Source: Heterodontus francisci (taxonomy: Eukaryota). From it: DNA of 64,000 nt. How positions within the stretch are numbered: the first letter of the stretch is position 1; the number at the start of each line of letters is the position of its first letter. Of this stretch, positions 40,500-52,110 are shown in pieces. Both the position numbers and the translations under genes were made by a program. A model generated the notes under the pieces. That model was not told the DNA's origin, searched no databases, and saw only the letters and a program-made list of their open reading frames with translations. Location of the stretch: NCBI RefSeq assembly GCF_036365525.1, contig NC_090404.1, positions 10,044,001-10,108,000 on the forward strand, written 5' to 3'.

Positions 40500-42060
40500 A
40501 CACTACTCACTAGATCATCTAAAACCTGATTCCGACAGCATTGACAGGGGAGTGAGATTGGACATTACGGAGGCACTGGCCATAATTTTGCAGGTTTCCT
40601 GAGATTCCGGTCTGATGCTGGAGGACAGGAGAATTACAAATGTTTCACCCTTGTTCAAAAAAGGGTGTAAAGTTAAGCCCAGCACTACAGGCCAGTCAGT
40701 TTAACCTCTGTGGTGGGGAAACGTCTAGAAACGATAATTCAGGACAAAATTAATAGTAACTTGAGACAATGCGTGTTAATTAGGGAAAACCAGCACGGAT
40801 TTGTGAAGGTCAAATCGTGTTTATTCAACTTGATGAAGTTACTTTTTTTTAGTGAGGTAACAGAGAAGGTTGATGAGGGCAATGTTGTTGCTGTGATGTA
40901 CATGGACCTCCAAAACACATTTGATTAAATGCTGCACAACAGACATGTCAGCAAACGTTTTGCTCATGGAATAAAAGGGACAGTAGCAACATGGATACAA
41001 AATTGACTGAATGATTGGAAACAGAGATTAGTGGTAAATGATTTTTTTTCTGACTGGAGGGAGGTTTGTACTGGAGTTCCCCAAGAGTCGGTGTTGAACC
41101 CTTGCTGTTCCTGATATATATTAGTGACCTCGACATTGGTGTACAGAGCATAATTTCAAAATTTGCGGATGATACAAAACTTGGGAGAATTGTGAACTGT
41201 GAGAAGGATACTGTAGAACTTCAAAAGGACATGGACAGGTTGGTAAAATGGGCTGACACGTGACAGATGAAATGTAATGCAGAGAAGTGTGAAGTGGTTC
41301 ATTTTGGTAGGAAGAACACGGAGAGACAATTTAAAATAAAGGGTGCAACTCCAAATGGGTGCAGGATCTGAGCGACCTGGATATATATGTGCATAAGTTA
41401 TTGAAGGTGGCAGGACAGGTTGAGAGCGCGGTTAATAGAGCATACAGTATCCTGAGCTTTATTAATATGGGCATAGGGTACAAAAGCCATGAAGTTATGT
41501 TAAGCTTACATAGAACACTAGTTCGGCCTCAATTTGGGGGATTGTGCGAGTTGTGGACGCCACATTCTAGGAATGATGTGAAGGCATTGGAGAGAGTGCA
41601 GAAAAGGCCCACGTGAATGGTTCCAGGGACAAGGAACTTCAGGTACGTGGATAGGTTGGAGAATTTGGGACTGGTTTCCTTGGAGAAGCCAAGGTTCCGA
41701 GGAGTTATTCAAATTATGAGGAGTCTGGACAGAGTAGTTAGAGAGAAACTGTTCCCATTGGTGGAAGGGTCGAGAACAAGAGGGCATAGAATTAAGGTAA
41801 TTGACAAAAGAAACAATGGCGACATGAGGAAAAACTTTTTCATGCAGCGAGTGGTTAAGGTCTGGAATACACTGCCTGACAGTGTGGTGGAGGCAGACTT
41901 CATCGAGACATTCAAAAGGGAATTAGACTGTTACCTGAAAAGGAAAAATGTGCAGGGATCGGGGGAGAAGGCGGGGCAGTGGCACTAGGTAAATTGCTCT
42001 TTCGGAGAACTAGCGCAGGCACGACAGGCCGAATAGCCTCCTTCTGTGATGCTCTGACAG
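40500..42060 (+). mobile_element. CR1-type LINE RT to 3' fragment
   Basis: LIYISDLD..SKFADDTKLG; LFPLVEGSRTRGH. Confidence 0.9.
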
Positions 42061-42176
42061 AATGGATGTTAGAATTTGCAGAAGTGACCAGAATCTGCAT
42101 TTATTTTTGTTGCAGACTATCGAGTGTTACAGAGACAGGCCGGAGAATCCGCTCCACTCAGTGCAGTTGAACTCAC

Positions 42177-42224
42177 CAATTTTATTCAAGTGGGTTGTAG
42201 GAGCGCAATAAAACTTGAAACCAT
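42177..42224 (-). pseudogene. Possible orphan V leader exon
   Basis: ATG GTT TCA AGT TTT ATT GCG CTC CTA CAA CCC ACT TGA ATA AAA TTG|GTGAGT; strong donor, in-frame stop, no V exon downstream. Confidence 0.35.
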
Positions 42225-42374
42225 GGAGTTTCTGATGGACCAGTCCCGGATCTGCCGGTGAAGCTATTTGCAGGAACCTTGGCTCAGCAGTTAATGACTG
42301 ACTCTGTGTGTGACCTGTTTAATGCTGGCAGAGATCAGCTTTTCCAGATGCTGCAGGGTGATTACTGCGGGTTT

Positions 42375-42389
42375 GCTGCCATCTGGTGG
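42375..42389 (-). promoter_or_regulatory. CTCF core motif
   Basis: Reverse complement CCACCAGATGGCAGC, an essentially consensus match. Confidence 0.65.
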
Positions 42390-42999
42390 ACGAAATCAGA
42401 ATCTCTCCCCAGAAATTATTTCTTCAATCGGAGAACTATTGTTTAGGAATTCATTTTGTAAGACATTGAGAAGGAGACTGCACCAAAACGGTCATGATAA
42501 TCCAATAAATAGTACAGGACCAAAGCACAGTTAACAGTCAGATTGCTACGAATCTTCCCTGCGAAGGCAATAGATACAGCAGAACTGACATTCCCGTTCC
42601 CATTAGGAACAGAGTTGATCTCTTGTTCTGCACTGACTCAAACTAGTATCTTTCACGATTTTTTTGAACTTTTATATGTTGTATATTTTCTATTCTTAGT
42701 CACATCTTGCTAACGTGATAACATTTCAATGTATTCACTTTATTATTAATTAATACTAAATTATGCCAATGCCTGCGTGCCGTTTGGTGGGCTTTGTACA
42801 ATGTTCTTTTCACGGTTTGTGCCTCATTATCGCAACCTTTCTGATACTTTTTCTTTTAGCATTTGAATTCAATCGGTCTTCTGACCATCTGGACCGGTGC
42901 CTAGAACACACCACACCTGTCCTTACAGATTATTTGTCCCTTAATCACTGTTCATCAGCTTCTAATACTGTCCTAAAAACGACCTCTTATAAACAGATT

Positions 43000-44680
43000 A
43001 TATTAGAGTCATACAGCACAGAAACAGACCCTTCGGCCCATCGTGTCTGTGCAGGCCATCAAGCGCCTAACTGTTCTAATCCCATTTTCCAGCACTTGGC
43101 CCGTGGCCTTCTATGCTATGGCGTTTCAAGTGCTCATCTAATACTTCTTAACTGTTGTGATGGTTCCTGCCTCTACCACCCCTTCAGGCAGTGCGTTCCA
43201 GATTCCAACCACCCTCTGGGTGAAATAATTTTTCCTCTAAACCTCCTGCACCTTACCTTAAATCTATGCCCCCTGGTTATTGGTCCCTCCGCTAAGGGAA
43301 AACGTCTCTTCCTATCTAATCTATCAATGCCCCTCATAATTTTGTACACCTCAATCAGGTCTCCCCTCAGCCTTCTCTGCTCGAAGGAAAACAACCCTGG
43401 CCTTTTCAGTCTCTCTTCATAGCTGAAATGCTCCAGCCCAGACAACATCCTGGTGAATCTCCTCTGCACCCTCTCCAGTGCAATCATATCCTTCCTATAG
43501 TGTGGTGACCAGAACTGTACACAGTACACCAGCTGTGGCCTAACTAGCATTTTATACAGCTCCATCATAACCTCCCTGCTCTTATATTTTGTGCCTTGGC
43601 TAATAAAGGCAAGTATCCCATATGCCTTCCTAACCATCTTATCTACCTGTGCTGCTGCCTTAAGTGATCTATGGACAAGTACACCAAGGTCCTCTGACCC
43701 CCTGTACTTCTAGGGTCCTATCATGCATTGTATATTCCCTTGCCTTGTTAGTCCTCCCAAAATGCATCACCTCACACTTCTCAGGATTAAATTCCATTTG
43801 CCACTGCTCCGCTCATCTTACCAGCCCATCTATATTGTCCTGTAATCTAAGGCTTTCCTCCTCACTATTTACGACACCACCAATTTTAGTGTCATTTGCG
43901 AACTTACTAATCATACCTCTTATATTCACGTCTAAATCATTAATGTACGCTACAAACAGCAAGAGTCCCAGCACCGATCCCTGTCGTACACCACTGGTCA
44001 CAGGCTTCCATTCGCAAAAACAACCTTCGACCATCACCCTCTGCCTCCTGCCACTAAGCCTGTTTTGGATCCAATTTGCCAAATTGCCCTGGATCCCATG
44101 GGCTCTTACTTTCTTAACCAATCTCCCATGTGGGACCTTATCAAAAGCCTTACTGAAGTCCATGTAGACTACATCAACTGCTTTACCCTCATCTACACAT
44201 CTAGTCACCTCCTCGAAACATTCAAACAAGTTTGTTAGACATGATCTCCTCCTGACAAAGCCATGCTGACTATCCTTGATTAATCCCTGCCTCTCAAGTG
44301 GAGATTAATTCTGTCCCTCTGAATTTTTTCCAATAGATTCCCAACCACTGATGTTAGACTCACCGGCCTGTAATTACCTGGTTTATCCCTGCTACCCTTC
44401 TTGAATAATGGTACCACATTCACTGTCCTCCAGTCCTCTGGTACCTTTCCTGTGGCCAGAGAGGATTTGAAATTTTGTGACAGAGCCCCTGCTACCTCCT
44501 CCCTTGCCTCATATAACAGCCTGGGATACATCTAATCGGGGCCTGGGGATTTTTCCACTTTTAAGCCCGCTAAAACAACTAATACTTCCTCCCTTTCAAT
44601 ACTAATATGTTGAAGTATATCATAATCCCTCTCCATTCCTGATCTCTACACCTACATTGTCCATCTCCAGAGTGAACATA
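43000..44680 (-). mobile_element. HER1/CR1 LINE RT to 3' part
   Basis: DFSKAFDKVPHGRL..YINDLD..KFANDTK; same subfamily as 22500-23470. Confidence 0.95.
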
Positions 44681-45136
44681 TTGTGGATTCTTATTTTAAT
44701 ATGGGTAAGTGTCTTTAACGTTGAGAAATGTTTAAGCAAATTACTTTAGTTATTCGGATCTTTCCCACCTGGCGTGTCTCTATCTACACTGAGACTGACG
44801 TTTTAAATGAAACATTATTTGCCCGTTTGCAGTGAGTTATATCGGAAGTAGCGGTACACGGATATAACTAGTTTCAGGTCACCTGCTGGAGTTTGTATTC
44901 TCAATGTGAATGGTGAATTCCCAGAGATACACAAATAAACAGCAGCCAATTTTACCCTCACACAGTTAATGTGATAATCAGACTGAATCAGTGTTCGATG
45001 TGAATGATTTTAGATGGTGTTTATGTGGATTGTGCTCGGGTTCTGCCCGCACAGGAATGTATTCACGTGTCAGTGTGTGATCCGCTGTTAGAAACAGCCC
45101 TCAGCAGACAGCAGCTGTGACCCAGAAACCTGCGGC

Positions 45137-45175
45137 TGTTATTGTACGAGGCTGTAGCTCATTCTCATCACTCAG
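45137..45175 (-). promoter_or_regulatory. 23-RSS of V1 with defective heptamer
   Basis: CTGAGTG + 23 nt + ACAATAACA; the critical CAC is lost. Confidence 0.8.
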
Positions 45176-46302
45176 ACTCAATGCACAGTAATAGACCGCG
45201 GTGTCAGACAGCCGCAGTTCCGTGATGATCAATCAGTACAACTTGTCTGACTGCTGGACTGTATCAGAAAACCGGTTCTGAGCGAAATCCGCCTTAAATT
45301 CAGCACCGCCGCTCGTTTGCCTCCGGACTGCAAACTCGAGCTGTCTGCCTGGGTATTGGCGGTACCAGAATAAGTAATAACCATCGCCAGTATAGGTGCT
45401 GGTTAAAGTGACATCTGATCCCACTGTCAGTGTGAGCGAGGACTCCCGCTGAGTAACAGAATCTCCATCGTTCAGATCTGGAACACACGGTTAAAAAAAC
45501 AGGAAATCACCGATTAAGACTTCAACTCAACCGAACTGAAAATTCACAGTTAATGTTTCATAAAATTAAATAGAATTTGAGCACAGAAAAGGTCATTCGG
45601 CCCAACTGAAACATGCCAGGGTTCACATCTCCCCAGAAGCATCCTCCCCTCCCCCCGTCCACCGCCCACGCCCCCCCCCCCACCCCCCCGCCCCACCCCC
45701 GTCATCTCATGCTATTAGCAGATCCTTCCATCCCTTTCTCCCTCATCTGTTTATCCAGCTTCCATTTAAATGCATCTATACTATTCACCTCAACCCCTCC
45801 TTGTGGTAGCAAGTTCCAAATTCTCGCCACTCTCTGGGTAAAGAGGTTTCTTCCGAATTCCCTATTCGATCTTTTTGTGACTTTTATGTGTATGGCCTAT
45901 AGACTTGGAATTCTCCACAAGTGGAAACGTCATCACCACGTCTACCCTAACGAAATCCTGTAAAATTTTAAAGACCTCTATCCATCTTCAGTCTTCTCTT
46001 TACTAGAGAAAGGGGCCTCGGTGTGTACAACGGTTTCTAATAGAATATCTCGCAATTCTGGTATTATGCTTGTAATTCACTTTTGCATTTTCATCTGGGT
46101 CCCTATATCTTGTTGTAATATGGAGGCCAGAACTGCTCACAATAACCCAAGTATGGTGTAAACTAAGGTTCGATGCAAGTTTAAAATGAACTTCCCGTTT
46201 TTCAAATTTATATTCCTTCAGAAATTAATCCCTCTCAAAAATTCTAAATTTCTTACCGAGGAAGAATGTCGCCCAGACCACAGCGAGAACTGGGAGTCGC
46301 AT
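45176..46302 (-). pseudogene. TCR alpha/delta-type V pseudogene V1 (leader 46302-46257; V exon 45477-45176)
   Basis: Leader MRLPVLAVVWATFFL|gtaaga; V exon GDSVTQ..VTLTSTY..LFWYRQYPG..NRFS..LY*LIITELRLSDTAVYYCALS; Cys23>Ser and a TGA stop; CR1 fragment (about 45570-46200) in the intron. Confidence 0.9.
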
Positions 46303-46384
46303 TGCTGCTGCTCAGGAAGGCGAGGGACCTTTTTGTGTCTCAGTAACCTGCAGAACATCGAACAGGAAAGACCTGGTGCTGGTC

Positions 46385-46457
46385 TGATGTCACTTCCTGC
46401 AACAGCAAATAGAAAAAGCTGAGAGACTTGGCTCGGACTGGTCTGACGTCATTTCCG
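46385..46457 (-). promoter_or_regulatory. V1 promoter: two ETS-CRE composite elements
   Basis: Reverse complement CAGGAAGTGACATCA (TCR V decamer AGTGACATCA at 46385-46394) and CGGAAATGACGTCA (perfect CRE at 46444-46451), 80-150 bp upstream of the ATG. Confidence 0.7.
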
Positions 46458-47455
46458 TAACCGCAGCTATGTGTTTTTTCCAGAGAACCGAGACATAAAC
46501 ATCGCATCCTGCTGATCAGAGAAAGGAAAACTCGTGAAATAGTCACCTGGATTGCAAATTGATCTGAGAGCCAGTTAAATCTCTAACTGAACTAAGAGAC
46601 AGTGTGATCTCTAATGACTTTGAGAGACATTTTGATCTCTAACTCACCTGAAAGACAGCTTGTTCTTTAACTGATCTGTGCAACAGCTTTATCTTTGTTT
46701 GTCCTGGCGGAAGTCGTCTCAAAGAATGTAGATGGAGATTTTCAGTTTATTTCACTCACTCGCACTCATCGGACTGAGCTGGTTGACGCGGGGAGGGGCG
46801 GGTTGTGCGGGGCTCGGGTTTCACCAGCCTTCCACTGGGGACACACAAGGGGATGATTTCCTCTGGTCTCCCTGTATTAGCGACATCCGAAACTGAATGG
46901 AAAATGTCATCTGCTGGCTGGTTTAGAGGAACAGTTGCTCATTATCCTGGAATGTGTTCACTCTGTCTCTAGCTATAGCGACCAGAAGAAATCTAGCCGG
47001 CCGAGTGGATTGTTCAATGTAAACTCCAATGTTGCTGGAGATTGAAATTAATGCTATCAGTGAGCTGTCAGCCACCCACAGAAATCAAACAAACATTCAG
47101 TAAAGGGACAGTTTACAGCCCTTTGACTATAATCACAACCCTCAGCAAAGCTGTACATTTCTGCACTGGTTTAAGTGTGAAAGAGAAAGATTATACATCG
47201 GCAGTGAAGAGAAGAAACTGGAACACACACTATACACGGTCAGTTGGCCTCTTAAACCTGCGCGGGTTTCTCCTGTTCATCCCTCAATATAGAATGAATG
47301 AAATCTACAATCTGTACTCAGAGCTATTGGGACCTGTCCTGCAGGAATATTCTATCCGAGTAGTATTTGTCCTATTCAGTCATTTACAGGGCAGGTAGTC
47401 TGGACACACATTGTTCTATTTACACATAATTTGGACACAGAACTGTGCAGCTGTG

Positions 47456-47735
47456 GGTTTCGGAGCACAGTAATGCACGGTGCTGTCTGACAGCTCCGCC
47501 CCACAAACTCTCAACTGAACCGTGCTCTCCTCTGTGTTCAGCTCTGCTGTAAAACGGTGCTTGGCGAAGTCGGCTGAGAACGTGCCTTACTCTGTGAGAA
47601 GCAACACGTTTTCCTGAGCCCGATGGGGAACCTGCCGGCACCAGAATTGATCAGCGACAGTATCTGTTGCTGTAAAACTTCAGCGTCACCGTTTCTACTT
47701 CCTGCACATTCTCTTCTTTTCGCTCCCACTCTATT
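47456..47735 (-). pseudogene. TCR alpha/delta-type V pseudogene V2 (decayed)
   Basis: VQEVETVTLK/frameshift/DQFWCRQVP..*GTFSADFAKHRFTAELNTEESTVQLRVCGAELSDSTVHYCAPKP, followed by CACAGCT; no good nonamer or clear leader. Confidence 0.8.
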
Positions 47736-48519
47736 TGTTGCAGTCACTTGATCAGTGAGCAGTAGCAGTTTGTCCAGAGGCATCCAGAGATGGAACCATC
47801 GCCATTTCCGCTCCATCAGCTCCCAGAGCAGCTGAGCGGCGCTGCGCGCTTTCTGCCCTTACACAGAGTTTTCAATTCACTCCATTTGTTTCTGTGGTGT
47901 CCCCGCCCACAGCTTCCGTTTGCTGTTCTCCCTCTGACCCACCTTGCCTGCCCTGTGTTACTGGAGAGATTGCTGCTGCTGTTCCCTGTTTGGTATTGGT
48001 CGTATCAGTAGTGCAGTGGGGCGGGGATCTGTATTTATGCTCGGACAGAGCTCCCACACTGCGGAGTTACATCGGGTGGAACCGTCTCACACCGCTCATC
48101 ATCATAATATCACTTCTCAGGAAATATTCTCAACAAGTACAGTCAGCAACCCCGGACTTCCGCCACAGATTAGGACCTGAGTCTCACGGCGTCATAGTTC
48201 AGAGGAGATTTCATTGTTCTGAAGTTTTTCCTCAATGACCTGTTAATTAGTTATTAAATGTAATCCCTCCTTTCAGTTCATTTCCAGCCAATTGCGACTC
48301 TGGCACAGAATGAGAACTAGTTTTATATTTGATTCACGAAGGTTGAAATTTAAGGAGCCCGGGAAATAAACAGAGATTTGAAGATTATCGCATTAATAAT
48401 AATGTGCTTTACTGTTAGTTGGACAGCTGTTGATTTGGCTATTTTTATACCAACACAGGCACTCCACGTTTTACCCCCACACAGCCCGCTGCTCCGTTCA
48501 CCTTGTCACATTGAGGCAG

Positions 48520-48558
48520 TGTTTTTGTACGAGGCCCCCTCTGGTTCCTGTCACTGTG
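48520..48558 (-). promoter_or_regulatory. Canonical 23-RSS of V3
   Basis: CACAGTG + ACAGGAACCAGAGGGGGCCTCGT (23 nt) + ACAAAAACA. Confidence 0.95.
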
Positions 48559-49073
48559 TCTCTCAGCCCGCAGTAATACATCGCGCTGTCAGACAGCCGC
48601 AGGTCGCTGATGGTGAAATTCCCCTCACTTTTCGAAGTGTTGAGAGATGCAGAAAATCGATCCTCCACGCCCTCTGCTCTGAAAACCTCTCCGTATTTAG
48701 GAATGTAGATGAGGAATGTGGGGGCTTTATCCCGGTCCTGGCGGTACAGTTGTAAGGAATAGGAAGTTACAGTGGTTGAATAGTTGTACTTAATTGTCAC
48801 CGAGTCTCCTTCAAACTTCATCGCTATAACCGGCCTCTGTAAGACCGAGTCTGCACCACTAACACCTGCAGAAATTAGAAACACAGAACTTTAAGCTTTT
48901 ATTGTCACTTTATTCTAAGTAATATCATCAGGAGACGGAGCACATTGTAAATAGAGAGAAAGCGCAATTAAAATATCAATGACGTTTGCAAGAGGAAGAT
49001 TGTGTAACTTGTAAACTTTACCAGTTAAGAGAGCTGCAGCTGTGAGGAATGAATACAAAGTAGCAAGCAACAT
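48559..49073 (-). CDS. TCR alpha/delta-type V segment V3, open frame but non-canonical (leader 49073-49022; V exon 48865-48559)
   Basis: Leader MLLATLYSFLTAAALLT|gtaaag; acceptor ctgcag|; GVSGADSVLQ..VTIKYNY..LQLYRQ..DRFSASL..FTISDLRLSDSAMYYCGLRD; no stops; Cys23>Tyr and Trp41>Leu. Confidence 0.85.
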
Positions 49074-49169
49074 GTTTGCAGAGAGTTGGTGGCGGATTTG
49101 AACAGAGCGGGCTGAATCTGTAATAATTTCAGTCCAGAGTTGGGAGGATGTTCAATAATATCCGGTCTC

Positions 49170-49310
49170 TCTACCGATTGGTCCATTCCTGCAAGAGTCA
49201 ACAGGCAACGTCCAATCAGCTCAAAGTCTTTGGTTTTCCAATTCATCCAATCAGCTCACAGGTACTTTGTTGTCCAATTCATTACGTCAGAGCGGGAAGC
49301 AGGAAATGAG
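49170..49310 (-). promoter_or_regulatory. V3 promoter: CCAAT cluster, CRE-like and ETS-like sites
   Basis: About five CCAAT/ATTGG including tccaatcagctca twice; TTACGTCA at 49282-49289; caggaa. Confidence 0.5.
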
Positions 49311-49685
49311 TGCAATTGTTCTCTCGACAGCAGGGAACTGGACAAGGATTAAATCCAATGTTAGCCCTTAACAGGGACAATGTGTGAGGTGGAGCATTGA
49401 GGGGAAATAATTAATGTTGTTCTATTATCAAGGCCAGAGGTTCCTATTAAAAAAGGCTGCTCACTGACCATGGGAACCACCCACAGCCGATATTACGAGG
49501 GATATTACACAGAATGACATAGCGTCTGCAACACAGAAATGTGTCGTTTGGCCAAATTTGTCTTTATTTTAGTTCCCGTCCTACTATCTGCGAACAAACC
49601 AGAACCCAGGTCTGATCCAGTGAGAAGAGGTGGGAGTCCTTTGCTGATTTCGGTATGGATTGGCTGGGGGCCCTGTAACAGTGTG

Positions 49686-50125
49686 CGGCTCAGCGCACAG
49701 TGATACAGGGCAGGATCAGAGAGAAAAAACCCTGGAGACTTTTAAAGAGCAGTTTTCTTGCCTTGGTCCAAGACAGCAGAGAAACGACGCAGAAAATCTG
49801 GAGACTTATTCCCGGTTTCCCTTGCCGTATCTCTTCAGTAAATATCTTTGAGCTTTCCCAGGATACGGGATACACCAGTAGAGGTAGGGAAAGCGCTCTG
49901 ATGTGCAGTAACTGCGGTTCAGTATTATGATCTGTCCTTCTTGAACCGTTAATTCAGGCGGCTCCTGGGACACTGAGTCTTTGCCATTCGTTCGTGTAAC
50001 ATAAACACAAGAATTTGTCAAAATTTTAGGAGTAAATATAACCCATGGAACACACACTGACAATTTAACAGAGGCTCACAGAGCAGCACGACCATTATTA
50101 TCAGTAAGGAACATGGGGAGCACAT
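49686..50125 (-). pseudogene. TCR alpha/delta-type V pseudogene V4 (leader 50125-50080; V exon about 49993-49686)
   Basis: Leader MCSPCSLLIIMVVLL|gtgagc; acceptor AG>AC; GKDSVSQEP..ILNRSY..YLYWC..PGKAQRYLL, frameshifts, ..DPALYHCALSR; heptamer CACACTG at 49679-49685 with a decayed nonamer. Confidence 0.85.
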
Positions 50126-50949
50126 GGTGTAGGGTTTAGGATTCCACAGAAAATAACACAATGCTTTGAATATGTAGACACTTGCAGTCTGATATTAAAC
50201 AATAAACTCAGATGAGGGGGAGATTGCACTTGTTGTGAGAATGTGGGGAGATTCCCCATTGACAGGATTGGTTGGTCTCTCAGAACTGACAACAGGTGTG
50301 CATCAATCAGTGCGAGCTGTGCACCAATTACTGATGTCTCCCAACAAATCCTTTCTTTGCTTAGGTGTGCGAGTGAGTCTTTCTGTCTCTGTCTGTCTAT
50401 CTGTCTGTCTAACTCTCTCTCTCTCACACACACACTGTCTATCTGTCTGCCCCTCTCTCTGTATATCTGTGTCTCTCTTTCACCCTGTCTCGGTATCAAT
50501 CATTCTGTCTAACTCGGCCTCTGTCTCACTTTACCCCTCTGTCTGCGTGTCCCTCTGTCTCTCTTTGGCTGTCCAGGTCTCGCTCGCTTTGTTTAACTCA
50601 GCGTCTTCATCTGTCGCCATTTCTCTCTTTTGGTATCTCTCGTTTTACCTCGGCCCCACTTTGTCTTTTTAACTCGCTATCTTTCTCACTCCCTCGTTCT
50701 CCCAATCTCTATATCGCCCCGCCCCCCCGCCCCACCTCATGACTGGATATTAAAAATAATCAAAATGAATCACCAGGATTTAAAATGAAGTTGGCATTAA
50801 CGTCAAGTATATGTTTTCCTTGATTAAATTGTTTTGATATATTAATAATAGCAAGAACATGAATAATGTGGCATAATCATGTAACAACTTCCTTCAGCAA
50901 TTTGAGAATTCACTAATTTTCCAGGCAGAACGTCATTTACTTCACATTG

Positions 50950-50963
50950 CCACCAGAGGGAGC
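50950..50963 (+). promoter_or_regulatory. CTCF core motif
   Basis: CCACCAGAGGGAGC. Confidence 0.55.
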
Positions 50964-51159
50964 TCCATCATCGTGTTTTCAGGTCCACTCCAACTGGTCA
51001 CAAAGCACTGGGGAATTAGGAAGGACATTCTTCCATCTTAATTCATTCTTCTAGCAAACCCCCACACGCCCGACAATTGATTCTAGTTACTAGTCTAATA
51101 CCTTGGTTTTAGAATCTGTTACTTTACCCAGATTCCAAAAACAGTCGGAAAAACTCTGA

Positions 51160-52110
51160 ATTAAGGGCTTTGTATCTGAAATCCCGCAGCATTTGCAATA
51201 AAACGGATGAATTGTCAGCTCAAATTGAACTTCATAACTATGACCTAATAGCCATTACAGAGACGTGCCTACAAGGAAGCCAAAGCTGGGACCTGAATAT
51301 CCAAAGCGTACGTGTCACTCAGGCAGGACATGAAGCTGGGAAAATGTGGTGGGGTAGCTCTATTAATTAAATAGGGCATTAGTACTGTCGAGCGAGATGA
51401 CCATAGTTCTAAAGATCAAGATGTAGAATCAGTTTTTCTGGAACTAATAAGCAGCAAAAGGCTGAAAACATTGATGGGAGTTGTTTATAGGCCACCAAAC
51501 AGCAGTGGTAATGCAAATCACAGTATGAATCAGGAAATTAGAGGTGCTTGCCACAAGGGTAATACAGTAATCGTTGGGGCTTTTAATCTACATATAGACT
51601 GGGTAAACCTGATTAGTACTAATATTCTGGAGGACGAATTCTTAGAATTAATGTGAGATCGTTTTCTAGAGCAGTACGTCGAGAAACCAACTAGGGAACG
51701 GAAAATTTTAGATGTGGTACTGTGCAATGAAAAGGTGTTCATGGATAATCTTGTTGTAAAGTAACCTTTAGGAAAGAGTGACCATTATATGATAAAATCT
51801 TACATTCAGGTTGAAAGTGATGTAATTCAATCAGAAACTAGGGTTTAAATCTATGCAAAGGAAACTATGAAGGAATGAGGGGAAATTTGGCTATGGTGGA
51901 TTCGGAAACTGCGTTGAAAGGCATGATGGTAGAGAAACGATGGCTAACATTTAAAGAACGAATCCATAGTTTACAACAAAAAATATATTCCTTTCATGCA
52001 CAAAAATCCATCCAGGAAAATGTTCCAACTGTGGCTAACGAAAGAAATCAAGGATTGTATTAGATCATAGGAAGAAGCTTATAAAGTTGCGAAAAAATGG
52101 TAAGCCTGAG
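51160..52110 (+). mobile_element. CR1-type LINE endonuclease fragment
   Basis: YLKSRSICNK..IAITET; VVYRPPNS..VGAFN. Confidence 0.85.

Noticed and set aside
47456-48558. NAR-TCR-like cassette (V-D-J followed by a leaderless supporting V)
   Set aside because: No D or J segment or inward-facing RSS was found between V3 and V2, and V3 is not IgNAR-like
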